Shown here in pieces: positions 11,080 to 24,599 of a stretch of 64,000 nucleotides of DNA. Both the position numbers and the translations under genes were made by a program. Every line of letters starts with the position of its first letter. The stretch's first letter is position 1. Source of the stretch: Geosiphon pyriformis uo1. Taxonomy: Eukaryota > Fungi > Glomeromycota. The notes below the pieces were generated by a model. The model did no database searches. It saw only the letters and a program-made list of their open reading frames with translations, and was not told the origin of the DNA. Location: the NCBI GenBank assembly GCA_016748015.1, contig JAAOMT010000400.1, positions 186,001-250,000 on the forward strand, written 5' to 3'.

Positions 11080-13730
11080 TAAAAGTTTATTTGCTATTTT
11101 AACATTAAAATTTAAATTATTAAAAAATAATATGTTTTTACTTTTTATATTAAAGCTTTAAATTATTAATTATTTTAAATTTCGCAATAATGATTTTTTA
11201 CAATTTTTTTAATTTAAACATTTTTTAATTTATATTTAATTAGACTGTTTTATTGTTTTAATTAAATTAAATCATTTGCTTTAATTTTTTTTAAAATACC
11301 AAATATTTGATTTATAATTTAATTAATTATAATTATTATATAAATACAAGTTTCTTTTTGATTGTTATTACCAAAATTTTTATTGATAATTTTTTCTTTT
11401 TAATTATACTTAAGATTATAAATTTTTTTGTAATGGCTTCTGTTTTTTTTCTTATTTCTGTTGTATTTTGTAATATTTTTCTTGATATATTTGTTAATAA
11501 TAATAAAAATACTCTTAATGTTTTTGATATTGTTATTTTAATTAAATAGAAGTTTGCTGATTTGTAGTAATATATTATTGTTTATTTTAAAAAAAAAATT
11601 TATTGCTATTTTTGCTTACTAATTTATATTAATAAAAAACAATATAAAATTTTTTTTTGTTCAACTAAAAAAAAAATATTACTTTAAAAAACACTTTTAA
11701 TACCAAATTAATTGTTATTTTTTGGTTATATTGTTTTTAAAATTAGTAATTTGATTTTAAGTTAATAATTATATATTTTTTGTTTTTCTAATTTTTATAT
11801 TATTAATGTTTTATTATTGTAATTATTAAGTTTTTAAAAATTTTAAATTCAGTTTTTTTGAAAACTAATATTTTGTATAAGTGCTATATTTGGTAAAAAA
11901 ATTTTAAATATTAATATTAATATTAATACAAATATTAAAGTTTAAATTATTTATTTGTAAAATATTTTTGCCTTTTTTTTAAATTTTTTTTTAAGTTTGC
12001 TAATGATTTTAAAACCATTAATTTATTTTTTGTTAATGTAAAATTATATGTTAATGCTTTTATTTTTTGATTTTTATTATTATTGTATCTTTGGCTGTTT
12101 TTGCTATTGGTTTTATAATTAATTCTAGATTGAATTCTTTAAAATTTTAGATCTTTGGTTTAATTTTTTTGATTAAGTTTATTATTAAATTATTTAGTAT
12201 TATAATTTAAAAATTTAGTAAAAAAATGATAAATTAATATAAATTATTTAATTATAATATAATATAATAATAATTTTAGAAAGATAATAATTAATATAAT
12301 AGTAAATATTATTTTATAATAACAATAAACATTAATTTGCAATAATAGCAAACACTAATTGGTAATAGCAATAAACACCAAATTAAAATATTAAAAAGAA
12401 AATATTATAATATGTTTTTTTTTAAAATTATAAACATATATATATATAATAATTTTAATATTAAAAAAACAATCTTGTTAGCTTTTAATTTTTTATATTA
12501 ATTATTTTTTAGCTTTACTTTTAAATAAATATTCAAAAAAACTTTTAATTAAAAAAAATTATTAAAAATATTAAAATCTAAATTATTATAATCTAAAGTA
12601 TTAAGAAACTTATTTGTGTTATTTATTAAATAAAACTATTATTTATTAGCTAAATCTTTTAAAAAAATAATTTCTAATTAAAATTATTTATATTATTATA
12701 AATTAATAAAAGTTTTATTGTAAAAATTAAGAAAAATACTAAAAACTATTAATATTTTGTATTTTTAAATTAAAAAAACACTTTAAATAATTGTAAAATA
12801 ATCTTAAAAAATACTTCAAAACAACAAATAGATTTTAGTTCAGCTTTTAAAAAAAGTACATAAATATATATAATAATTAAAAATTGAGAAATCACTTATA
12901 TTATAATATTAATATTATTATATAAATAAAATTAAGAAACTTATAAAAGATTAATTGTAAATAAAACAAAAAAATTAACAATATACCAAAAAAACAAATC
13001 TGTAATATTTGGTTTTTTGGTAATTCTAATTATTATTATTTAAATAATAATATATATAAAAATTTTAAAATAATAAAAAATATAATTATTATAGTAAATA
13101 CTACTAAAAAATTTGCTAATTTTTTAATTAGTTTGTTTAAAAATTTTATTAGTTTTAAGATTAAATAGATTTTGATATTATAAATAAAAATAAACAATAA
13201 AATAATTAATTATTTAATAATTTTATAACAAATATATAACTTTAATATCAAATATAGTATTAAAAAAACTAGATTATTTCTAAATATATTTATTTTTAAT
13301 AATAAAAATTTAAATAATTTTATTGTTAAACTTTAAAAATTAGGTTTTTTTTAATTCTTTTTAATTTAAAATAGTTATTATTTTAACTAATTTAAATAGT
13401 TAATTATATATAAAAAACATAAATTATACTTATTTAAAATTTTTTATGATTATATAATAATAAATAATAATTAAATTATATTTATTAATTAATAAAAAAG
13501 TTATTACAACAATTATAATAAGTAATTATTATTTTTCAAAAAAACTTAAATATTATAATTATAAAAATAAATATTTTAAAATAATGTTAATTATTAATAA
13601 AAAATTTTTAATTATTAAATATTGTTTTAAGTATTAAAATTTTAATTATTTTGTTTTTAACTATAAAATGTTTTTATTTTTTTTCAAGTTTTTGTTTAGA
13701 TTTATAATTAAGTTTAAGATTTTTAAATTT
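11080..13730. other. Extremely AT-rich block, probably hypermutated TE relics (family not assignable by eye)
   Basis: Same composition and residual C/G contexts as the neighbouring blocks that decode to LINE and Gypsy ghosts. No motif was confidently recovered. Confidence 0.45.
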
Positions 13731-13882
13731 TATTTTGCTAATATATAATAAATGAACTCTTTCTTTTGTTGATCTCCCAGTCACAACGAGAGCATTGAGT
13801 CGTTGTTGAAATAGCCTTCTTTTTCCCTTTTCCCCTTTATCTTTCTCCAGTTATTTCTTCAGACATTCCCCTTTTTGTAGCT

Positions 13883-15835
13883 ATAGAACCGGTGGGCTTT
13901 GCTGCTGGTGGTTCTGGGTTCGTTTCGGCTGGGTTGGGGACCCGGTCTGGTGTCAAAAATAAGCGTTCGGTTGGTCCTCAATCTCGCGGTGCGTCCTATA
14001 AAAAGCTGAAGAAACCTGTGGTGGTTGGCGGTTTGGTGGAGTCATTTGCTGGTGTCTTGAACGTTATGGATGAAAGTGGTGACAGACTTAACATTGAACG
14101 GTCGTGGGCTAGCGAGGTTAACAGTGAAGTGGACAGCGTAAGTGGCGTTTTGGACTTGGATAACTTGGAAAACATCGTCGCTGAGGAAACTAGCTATGCA
14201 GAGTCGGATGCAGGTTTGGACGACAACATGAACAATGCCATGTTAAGGAAGACGCATACCTGCACCTATGTTCTGAACAGTAAGCCGCCACCTCTCTCTT
14301 TCAACATTCTAAGTGATGGTAAAGACACTTTGCCTCTTTCGAGTCTTAAATTTTGTGGGTCCAATCGCCTTCCTCCAGTCAGGTTACGTGCACCAGAGAA
14401 ACAGAGTTTTAATTTGTCAAAATCATTTGCATTGGACATTGAGCTATCTGCCGTGCCTGGCAAAACTAATGGTGATAAGTTGGTTTCAATCAAAAAAATT
14501 TTTTATTGCGTTGATGGATTTGGGAGAGCCTCAACTCCCTCAAAATTCCCAAGGATCATCAGATCCTCTTTTACATCTGAAATTAGTTTGAATAAGGCTA
14601 GGGAAATGGCGATTGGTGAGAAAATTTTGGTAAATAATGATCTAAGAAAAGTAAACAGCCGTTCAGATTGGGAGGTGATCGTCAAGGAAATCCCAGTAGA
14701 TCTTTCCAAATTGGCAATTGAGGCGGTGTTCTCCAGGTTTGGCAAGATTGTTTCAATCAAAGTGCAGCTTATTGGTCTTTGGCAAAAGGCCCTGGTAGAA
14801 TATAAATCATCTGAGATAGCTGATTTGGTCGCAGCTAGATGATCTGTGCTCATGGGAAAGGATTCAGTCCGAATGGCAAAAGCATGTATTGATAAACAAA
14901 CGTGAGTATCGAGGGATCAGCATCGGGCTTTACTTTATACTCTTCCAGTTGGCACTAATGTTCATGACCTCTCCAATTTGTTGGAATCATATGGTGGGAA
15001 GACTTGTTATATCGGCCGTAACCCTAGTTTATATGTTCATGATAGATGTGCCATAATTTGTTTTGGTGATGAGGCATCCAAATTGGCTGCTATTGGTACT
15101 GTTCCAGTTTTCAGGAATGTGAGTTTGCATTGAGCTGGTCTTTCTTTGGCCAGTTGTGCTTGTTGTAAACAATTTGGTCATGTTTCGGTCAATTGTTCTT
15201 TGGGTGTGTATTCTGGTGTTCGAAGAAGAAGGGTGGTTTCTGAGCAAGATCGGGTTCGTTTAGCTGGGATATATAAGAAGAAGTCGGCCCCTGTCGCTTG
15301 TCCAGTTTCTTTTGGTGAGAAGACGTGGGCCCAAGTGGCAGGCAGTTCCCCCTCTCGCATTGTCTCTTCAGGTGCTCCTGGTGTCAGTTTGGTCTCTGGT
15401 TTGATGGCTTTCTCAATGGATTCCTCCTTGTCTGGTGCCGCTGATCTAGGTGGTCGCCTAGCTGTGCTGGAACACTCCATAGAAATTCTTTCAGACCAAG
15501 TTTCACTCATTTTAAAGAAGTTAAGTTTCGTTGACTTGGTGCCATTGGCATCTTTTCCCTCAGCTCTTCCTTTGGTGTCTCCAACTGCTGTTGTTTCAGA
15601 TATGGACCTGGGTTTGGAATTGGATGGCATGTTGTTGTTGTCTGCCTCTTCTTCTCCTAATGTTGGTGGGTCAGTTGTTGATTTCAGTCCGAGCAGTTCT
15701 AAGATTTTGACTGCCAAGATTGGCAGTTTGGAATTGAATATGATGGCTCTTGAGGCTTCAATTCGCTCAGTCTTAGATAGATTGGATCATCTGCGTTCTG
15801 GATCAGGTTCGTTGGCTTTTCCTCCATCTCAATGA
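13883..15835 (+). pseudogene. LINE-A ORF1 (RRM-like domains + CCHC knuckle + coiled-coil tail)
   Basis: RRM-like EVIVKEIPVDL...VFSRFGKIVSIK...ALVEY, and knuckle CACCKQFGHVSVNC. Start ATG>ATA at 13883 (MDPAG in LINE-C). TGG>TGA stops at 14840, 14903 and 15131, all in one frame. Confidence 0.9.
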
Positions 15836-18800
15836 GTGGTTTAGTTTGGAAATTTGCTACGTGCAATGTTTGGGGTATCAATGTTCCTGCGAAACAAGCG
15901 GATGTTGTTCGTTGGCATGTGAACTCAGGAAATATGGTTTCTTTTATCACTGAGACTAAGTTGAGGTTCTCTTCTGGGCCGTGGATAAAGGATAAGTTTG
16001 ATGGAGTGCGAGTATTTTCTTCTGGCTTGGATAAGGGTTTCATGGGTGCCAGGGTTGCGATTGTTATGAACACTTCTTTGGCCCGTCATGTATTCAAGGT
16101 GGAGGAGATTCCTGGTCGGGTTATTTCTGTTCGGCTCCTGTTTAAGGGCAAGCTCTCGGTTACTGTTTTGGGGTTGTATGCTGGTGCCTCCTCTGGGGCT
16201 AGATTTGGTCAGGCTTCTGAAGTTAACACCCTCATTGTAAAGATGGTCAATTCCAGCAATTTTGTTGTCTTGGGTGGGGACCTTAATGAGAATAGATCTG
16301 GTAGAAGTGTTAGTTTCAAGTTTTGTTTGAGTTTGGGTTTAGTCAATTTATTTGTTGGTCATCATTTGGCTAATTCTTATACATGGAGCAATTCGAGAGG
16401 AGTTGGGAAAACGATTGATTACATTTTTGTTGGTGGTAATCTGTCTTCTGCTGTTGCTGGTCATCAAGTTGTTTCTGTTTCGGATTTCTTTGACACCGAT
16501 CACAAGGCAGTTGTGGTTTCAGTCGGTTTGGGTGGGCTTCTAGATGTACAATTGAACAGTTTGCGCAAGCAGGCGAATAAGGATTGTTGGAAGTTCAAAA
16601 TCAGGAATGCTGACTGTGTTGGATGGGCTAAGTTTAAGGATCTCTCGTCAGCTAAACTTTTGTCTTTGGGTGAGGTGTTCTCTGGTGCCAAAATACATGG
16701 TGATGTGGATGCTATGTGGACAGTTCTGGTGGAAGCTGTGGTGGATTCTGCTGATGTGACATTTTCGAGGCATTGGTTTAGTAAATTCAAGTGTTCGAGA
16801 AACAAACATTCTTCTAGGTTTTTTGGTCTGGAATTGTTGGTGGCCAAGATTGTCAAGAAATTTTGCTCTGGTGACTTGCTGGGCACTGATCGTCTTGTGA
16901 GTAAATGGTTGACTCTGAATGATGCGAAGGCTCGTGCTTTCAAGGATTTGGTTGGCTCGGGTGTTAAATCTGATGTTGTTGTTAGGCATTTGTCATTGGT
17001 TTGTAGAGATTACAGGAGGTCGAAGATGTTTGAATCAAAGTTGGCTGAGGAAGCTTTGGTTAGGAAGGCGATTGAGAAGTGCATGGATAATTTCTGTTCG
17101 GATAAGGGTAGTATGATCAGGAGTGTGTTGGAAAAGCCTTTTTGCAAAGTTGTGTTGGATCACTTGATAGTTGATAATAATCTGGTTTTGTTGCCTGAAG
17201 AAGTGAAGTCCAATGTGGATGGAATAATGGAGGGGTGGACGAGGAAACGCTCTGTGCAGTCAGTGCTTCCTGATCTTTGGGCTCATCAGTACGCACCTTT
17301 GGACTATGTTCGGGATGATGCTTTTTCAGGTGTTATGAGTGCAATCAGTATGGGCGAGTTACTTTCTGTTGTTGGTGGTCTTCTTGATGGCAAGGCTGCT
17401 GGTTTGTCTGGTGTTCCTAATGAATTATAGAAACATGGTGGTGAGGTAGTTTTGGGGTGCCTGTTGGCGCTGTTTAATAAATGTTTGTTGGGTGGTGTGG
17501 TGCCCGTTTTGTGGAAGAGGGCTTGGGTGTCTATGATTCCTAAGCCTTATGACTGGGATGGAGTTCTTACGAACACTCGGCCCATTGCTTTGATTGAGAC
17601 TGCCAGGAAGATTCTTTCCAAGATTCTGTCTGACCATATTTCAATGGCTTGTAGCAAGTTCAATGTTCTTCAGGGGGACAACTTTTTGGTGCTGAAGGGT
17701 ACGTCAACACAATCTCCGGTGTTTGCTGTCGGTTTGGTAATTGAGGATGCCATTGAGAAGAATAGGGAGTTATGGTTGGTCTTGTAAGATATGCAGAAAG
17801 CTTACGATTCAGTTGGATGGCATCATTTAAGAGCTAGTTTGCAACGTGTCAAGATGTGTGAGAGGTTCATAAGGTTTTTTGGTGGTATTCATGAGGATAG
17901 GGTTAATAAGGTGATGACTGACTTTGGTTTGTCTGGTGGTTATAAGGTGCATGATGGGCTGGACCAGGGTGAGGTCTTTTCACCACTTCTTTGGAGGATT
18001 TTTTACGATCCGCTTTTGTGTGAGGTTAAAAGGCACAAACAATTGTGTGGGTACTGAATTGATACTAAGTTTGTCTCGAAATCTGGCAGAATTGAGGGCA
18101 GTAGTGGTTTGACATCGTATTTTTCGGCTGGTGCGTTTGTCAATGATATGATCTGGGTTGGAAATTGTCAGGCTTCTACTCAATATGCTCTGAACATTGC
18201 CAGTGAATTTTTTGTGATCAATGACATTTCTATCAATAGTGAGAAGATGGTGGCTATTTCCATCAATCAGGGCGTTAAAGTTGCTTCACTGAACATTTGT
18301 GGTTAGCCAATCTCTATTGCCAAGAAAGGGGAAGCACATCAGTATCTGGGTATTTTTCTGTCGACTGAGGGGCTCTCCAAGCCGAGTGTTGCCAAGGCTC
18401 ATGCGGATGTACGTTTCTTTGTCAATGTTGTGCTTAAGAAGGCTATTACAGACAAACAATTCTCGTATCTGGTGTTGGCTGTTTTGCAGCCTATTGTTAG
18501 CTATCGTACTCAATTCAGTTTTGTCTCATCTAATGTTTGTCACAAGTGGGATGTCTTGGTTAGAAAGGGTCTTAGGTCCAAGGCCTGTCTCCCCCGTGAT
18601 TTTCCTGACGCTGCTTTGCATCATCCCTCATTGTATGGCCTAAAGCCTTTTGAGCAGGTGCAGTCTGAAGGGAAGGTTGCTGCTTTGATGGCATTCTCTA
18701 ATGCTTTTGGCATTCTTGGGCGTTTGTTTAGACATAGGTTTTTAGACCTACAGGTTCTTGGTTGGGCTCCTTTGGATCCTTTGCAGTTTCCGGTCAGGTT

Positions 18801-20517
18801 GCATGTTAGTCCGGTGAACAATTTTTTGGCTGGGATGGTGAAGATCTTTCTGGGCAATGAGCTTACTTTGGTGAACAACCTCCCCACTGCATTTCATAGT
18901 CCTGGTCGGTTCCTGTTGTCCTCTGTTCTTGGAAAGTCTCTGTATTTTGATTCGGTCAAATCTCTTAAACATTTTGGTGTCACTTTTGGTGATTGGCTTT
19001 TTGATAAGAAAGGTGTTTTGTTGGATTGGAAAACTTTTCGTCGTTGGAAGAAGTTGGATCCGCATGGCCCTGTGCCTCACTGGTTTATGGTTTCTTCTGA
19101 GTTTTTGAAAGGTCAGGGTTACTCATTTTCTGGTTCTGTTGGCTCAGCAAAAAAGCTTGGTTTGGACATTTTGAGGTCTGGGGAGTTTTCTGCGGTTAAA
19201 GATGAATTGCATGACATTTGGTCAGGCTCTTTTGAAGTTTTCACGGATGGGTCTTTGAGAAATGCAGGCTCTGCTGAGGTTGCCTGTGGTGCTGCTGCGT
19301 ACTTTCTGGTCTTGGATATGAGTATTGGTGTCGCTGTTCGTGGTCTTTTGTCATCTACTATGGCCGAGTTACAGGCTGTTGCTTTGGCTTTGGAGTGTGT
19401 TCTTTCTTCAAGTACTGTGGTGTTGCGTCTTGACAGCCAGGCTGCCATTGACGCATGTGTGTCTAAGATGTCTTTGGTTGCTTCTGATTTCCGTAATCAA
19501 TGCTGGCTGGAAAGGCGTCATATTTTCAATTTGGTCAGGGATAAGGATCTTAGTGTAAGTTGGGTTAAGATGAAAGGACACTCTGGGATTCTTGGTAATG
19601 TGAGAGCTGACTTGGCTGCTGAGGCTGCCTCTGGGTCTCCCTTTTCCCTTTGTGCCAATGTGCGTGAACATTTTTTGGTTGCTGAGGGTGTCGCTGTTTC
19701 TGGTAATGCCCATCATTTTGTCAGAAATATTTTTCGATCAATTCGTTGTGCTTGTTGGGAAGCTGGGCCTGGTTGTGATGTAGTTCCGGATGCAATGATT
19801 GGTTGCATAGACTGGGTTGTCACGGCGAAGGTGTGGCATCCTGATTCTCATATGCTTGCTGGGTTCACTAGCCGCACATCCTCATCGCTTCGCACTTATG
19901 TTATGAAGGCTGTGCACAGGAGGTTGCCGGTGGCCATTAGGAAGAGGTTGTATAATAAATGCTACCCTAGTGTGTTGTGTTTGTTTTGCGATGAGGTGGA
20001 GTTCTCTGACCACGTTTTTACTTGTGTTCATGAGTCTGGCATTCATGGTGAGATTTTGGCAGAGGCTTCTGCTCATTGGTCAGCTTTGGCTGGTGGTTCC
20101 TCTGCTTCTGCTGTGTTGCGGGTTTTGTCTCAATGTTCCATTGATGTTGGGCTGTACACTTTGGTGTGCAAAGGGTTTGTGCTGGAAGAGTGGTATGAGG
20201 AGGCTTGCAATGTTTTTGAAGATAAAAAGGTGGCCACTGCTAGGATTGTTGATTATGTTAGGTTCGTTGTTGGTCTACATCGTGCTAAGGTATGGTTGGC
20301 TAGAGCCAGCCACCGGGTGGTGATGGAGAAGGCTGGTCTGGTCTGTGATGTTGGTGTTATTTCTGGGCTCCCTTGTGGTGTGTCTTCGGTTTTGTCTGAC
20401 AGTGTTGTAAGATTGCTTGGTTTGGCCAATTTCTTTGCTGTTAGCTTTGGTCGTCGGAAGCCTTTTTGTTTCTTTTCTGGTCTGGGTGGCAGTGTGCGGG
20501 TAGTTATAGATGTGTAA
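15832..20517 (+). pseudogene. LINE-A ORF2 (APE endonuclease, reverse transcriptase, RNase H, C-terminal CCHC)
   Basis: APE: GGDLN, IDYIFV, TDH. RT: RPIAL, KAYDSV, GLDQGEVFSPLLW, FVND (from FVDD), YLG. RNH: TDGS, AEL, DSQ, KGHSG..GN..AD. Zn finger: CLFCDEVEFSDHVFTC. One frame with four premature stops (17428, 17785, 18055, 18304). Confidence 0.95.
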
Positions 20518-20844
20518 TGTTGCCTTGTCTGGCCTGAGTGGCTAGCCACATGTAGAAAGTGCGTGAGTCGCGTTTAGTTTGAACCTCTTAGTTTGGTTCT
20601 ATGTACTAGATAGCGATTGGGCTACACTCGTTAAATGCATTAAATAATATTTTGCTAATACTAAGTTATATACTAAAATTATCAAATTTTTTTTTGATTA
20701 TTTTTGTTTTTATTAATAATATTAAATTTTTAATTAATTTTAAATTGGTTTTCTAAAATTTAAGTTAATATTATTATTTTAAAATTACAAATTTAAACAT
20801 TTTTTATTGAATATTAATAATTCTAATTAATTATATATATATTT

Positions 20845-23800
20845 TTATTTATTTATTTAATAAGTAAAGCCCAAATGCTATCTAATATAATACATTAAAC
20901 TAAATAATTTAAATTAAATATGAATTATATATTTTTTACATATAACTAGTTATTTAAGTTAATTAAAACAATACTACAGATCTATTTTAATAAAAATATT
21001 ACAATTAATTCCAAAAAAAAACACAAAATCTGTGTAAACCAAAACTAATACTATGTGTTTTTATAATTCTAAACAATTTAATAATATTATCAAAAAGCAT
21101 AGATAGTAAACATTAGATTATTAGAAGTATAAAACTATTATAAAAAACCAAATTACTTTTTTTTAAAACTGTTTTATACTTAAATCTTATTAACTATTTT
21201 TTTTTATAATAAGCTATTTTAAGCCATATATAAAATTAACAATTTTTTTAACAGCAATCTAAACACAACCAAAAATAGACAGAATTTTTAAATACCATTC
21301 TTTAAACACAATATTTTTATATAAAACAATATAAATTATGTTATTAAATATATATAAAGAGAGCAACTGTAAAACACAAGATAATAATAAGTTCAAATCT
21401 GACAAAAAATCTTACAAAACTATATATAATTTAATCAACTTCTTATAAATAACAAAATTTATTTTATATGTAAAAAAGTAATCAAAAAATTTTATTTCTT
21501 CATAGTAAAAACATAAAATATTAGAATATTTTCTATTGTACAAATATTTATGAATAATAATAGACAAATAATAATATAAAGCTTTTATAAAATATAAACA
21601 CAAATCAGTAAAAGTTTTTTTTATAAAATTTAAGGTCATATATAAGTTAAAGTACTAAATTAAAACAGTTTAATCTCAATTAATGTTTTTAATAATATTT
21701 ATATTTACAATATTAAAACCAGACCCAATTTTTTAGTAAGCATAATAAATAGTTTTAAACATATTACAAATAAAATATCAGTATTTTTAAATACTACCAT
21801 ATTATTAACCTTAATAAATATTTTACAAATACAAACAAAAATTACCAAACTTGAATAAAAAGTAATAGCAGTTAGTTTATCAGTTAGTTTATTATTTAAA
21901 ACATTTAAATAATTTTTAATCTTAGATTAAATAACACCAAAATTTTTATCTTTGATAAAATAAGTAATATAACATCTCTTAAACTAATAATAATTGTAAA
22001 AATCTAACAAAACTATATTTAATTTAATTAAACAAACATTTAAAACAGTTTAACTATCTAAATATATTACAACAACACTAAAAACAAAAATATACTTAAG
22101 TATTAAAAAAACTGCTTACAATTCTGCCAACATAGATAAAAACAAACCATTAATTTTAACACTTATAACCAAATCCAAATTAGCAAAAAATGCAACTGTA
22201 TTATACTTTATTTTAAATATACTTAAAATTTTTAAAAATTTATTTGTATAAATATTAATAATATTCAAATTAATATTAAAAAAATGCTCTTTAATAATAA
22301 TAAAATTACTAGAATTATGAACATCTAAAAAGCATAAATTCTTAACTAAAAGCTAATTAACATAACAAAAAATATTATTAATCAAATAATTAAATACCAA
22401 ATTAAACCAATCAAAAATTAAATCTTTAAAATCAGGTTTTTTTCAACAATAAAAACTTTTTTAATTAAAAATTGACTCTTTTTTAATATAAAACTGTTTA
22501 ATAAAAACAATACCAAATTTTTTAAGAAAGTAAATACTTTATAAAAAATCAAATTTCTTAAAACAAATAGCATTAAAATACTATTAAAAAAACAAAATAC
22601 AGAAAGTAATATGTTTACAAAAAAAATATTATAATTTAAAAAAAATTTTATTATATTAACCAAAAAATTGTTTATTAAATTGATTTTTAATTTTACAAAA
22701 TATTATAACAGATAATTAAAAAACCAATCTAATATTTGCAAATTTAATGCTCTATAATTAAACAAATGACCAAAAACACCACTAGTATTTGAAAAGTTTA
22801 TTATTATAGCTATTTTATTTTCTGTCTGTATTTGTTTAAAGTTTTCAAGTTATATAAAGACAAATAAAAAATAGTTTTATTAAAAATTTTTTTGATAAAT
22901 TAGCTTTTATCTTTAAATTTTTTCTGATCAATATATTTTATTTGTTGTATATACTTTTAAACCTAAAACTAAACTGGATTTTGTAATTAATAATAAGTTG
23001 TAGCATAACCAAAACCAAATAAAAAACTATTTATTAAAAATAATTTTTTTTAAGATTATATTAGCAAAAAATTTTATATTCAAATAAATTTTTGTTAAAC
23101 TAAGTTTAAACAAACTTTTTAATAACAGAAAAATGTCTAAATACTTATAAAATTCTCTTTTTTATGCAATAAAAATTAACAAACTATTTATTAATAATAA
23201 AGTTTTTCTAATTTTTTAATTAATGAGAATAATTCTTGTTTTTTTATTGTTAATTAAAATATTATTGATTTTAAAAAACTTATTTATAATATTAAGTATA
23301 TATTAAATAATAGCCTAATTATTTTTTATTCAGATAGTATTATTAACAAAAATACCAGCTTCCAAATAAAAAGTTAATCCAGTTTGGATAACAAATTTAT
23401 TATTAATATAATAGTTATACAAACTTTTATGTCTTTTTATTTTGCACAATAGAAGATTATAAAAAATTTTTAAAGCAATAAGAAAAAAACTTTATTTTAA
23501 TTCAAATTATTGTACATCTAATATTTATTAATTAGCCCATAATTTGTTATAACTTAATTAATTTTTTTATTGTAAATATTGCCAAAAAATCTTATAAACT
23601 ACTTATATATTTTTACATAAACCAAACTATTTTTTAAATAAAACAAGCCAATAAAATTATATGCTTTTTACATATCTTATAAAACCAGTCAAAATTTATA
23701 ATTTTTTTTTAAAGCATTCTTTATTACTAAGTCTACTGTAAAAATTAAAGACTAAATAATAATGTTTTTTAAAACAAAAAAATTGTTATTATGAAAAACA

Positions 23801-24560
23801 TTAAAATTATTACAAACTAAAAAAATTTTGATTAAAAGAATTTTTCAAGTGGTTTTAATTAAAACAATAGATTTAATATTGGTCAAAATTTTTTTTCATT
23901 TATACAGCTTGAGAATTATAAATATTTAAGCTTTTTTTTAATATTAAAGATTTATATATTAAACAAGAGTATTTTCAAAACAGAATTGTTATAATGCTTT
24001 TATAGCTTATTAATAATATCAAACAAATCAACAGTTTTTCTGTTAAACAAGTCTTTGATTATATATAATATTTTATTATATACAATAGTACTTATAATAT
24101 TAAAAAAACAATATTATTAACATAAACCAAAAGCAAATATTAATAACTTTATAAGTCAAGAACATTTTTTAACACCAATTTTTTTTTGTTTAACTCTTTA
24201 TAATAATATTAACTTTAAACTTAACTTTACCAAGATCCAAAACTAGTTTGTCATTAATAACTAAATAGTTTAATAGTATTTTTTAAAATAAATATTCTAA
24301 AATATTTCTGATTATTTAATTTTTATTAATAATAAAATTCTTTATTTATTTAATAATAATAGATCTGACATTTGATTTTTCAGCTTTTAATAACTTGGTA
24401 AGCTTGGAAACATAATAAAATTTTCTTATATCAAATAAAACAAACTTTATGCTATTAAAATTAGTACTAAAATTCAATAAAACTTAAATTTTGAAGTCTT
24501 ATTACTGTTTAAAAATACTTAATAACTTATTAAAAAAATTAATTTGTTATTAAATCTTAT
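20845..24560 (-). mobile_element. Ghost LINE of the same superfamily (RT-RNH-3' tail, 5'-truncated), erased by transitions
   Basis: Reverse complement of ~22960-23190 aligns codon for codon to GLPISIAKKGES..YLGIFLSTEGLSKPSLAKAHSDV.FF.N.VL.KAI.DKQF.YLV..VLQPI.SYR.QFSF once A/T are read back as G/C. A decayed 3' tail lies at ~20845-20975. Confidence 0.85.
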
Positions 24561-24599
24561 CTATAATATTATCAGTTAAAATTTGAAATATTAATTAGT

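Larger units (their letters stand above)
13744..20647 (+). mobile_element. LINE-A: full-length RNase H-containing non-LTR retrotransposon (L1-like two-ORF), inactivated
   Basis: 5' UTR, ORF1, ORF2 and structured 3' tail present. Candidate 13-bp TSD TATTTTGCTAATA at 13731-13743 and 20648-20660. Confidence 0.95.

Noticed and set aside
11080-13730. Organellar (NUMT) or endobacterial origin of the AT-rich DNA
   Set aside because: No rRNA, tRNA or respiratory-gene motifs were seen, and comparable blocks decode as nuclear retrotransposons.
20535-20570. Hammerhead ribozyme in the LINE tail (CTGA...GAAA)
   Set aside because: The core lacks CUGANGA, and GAAA lies in a hairpin loop rather than a junction.
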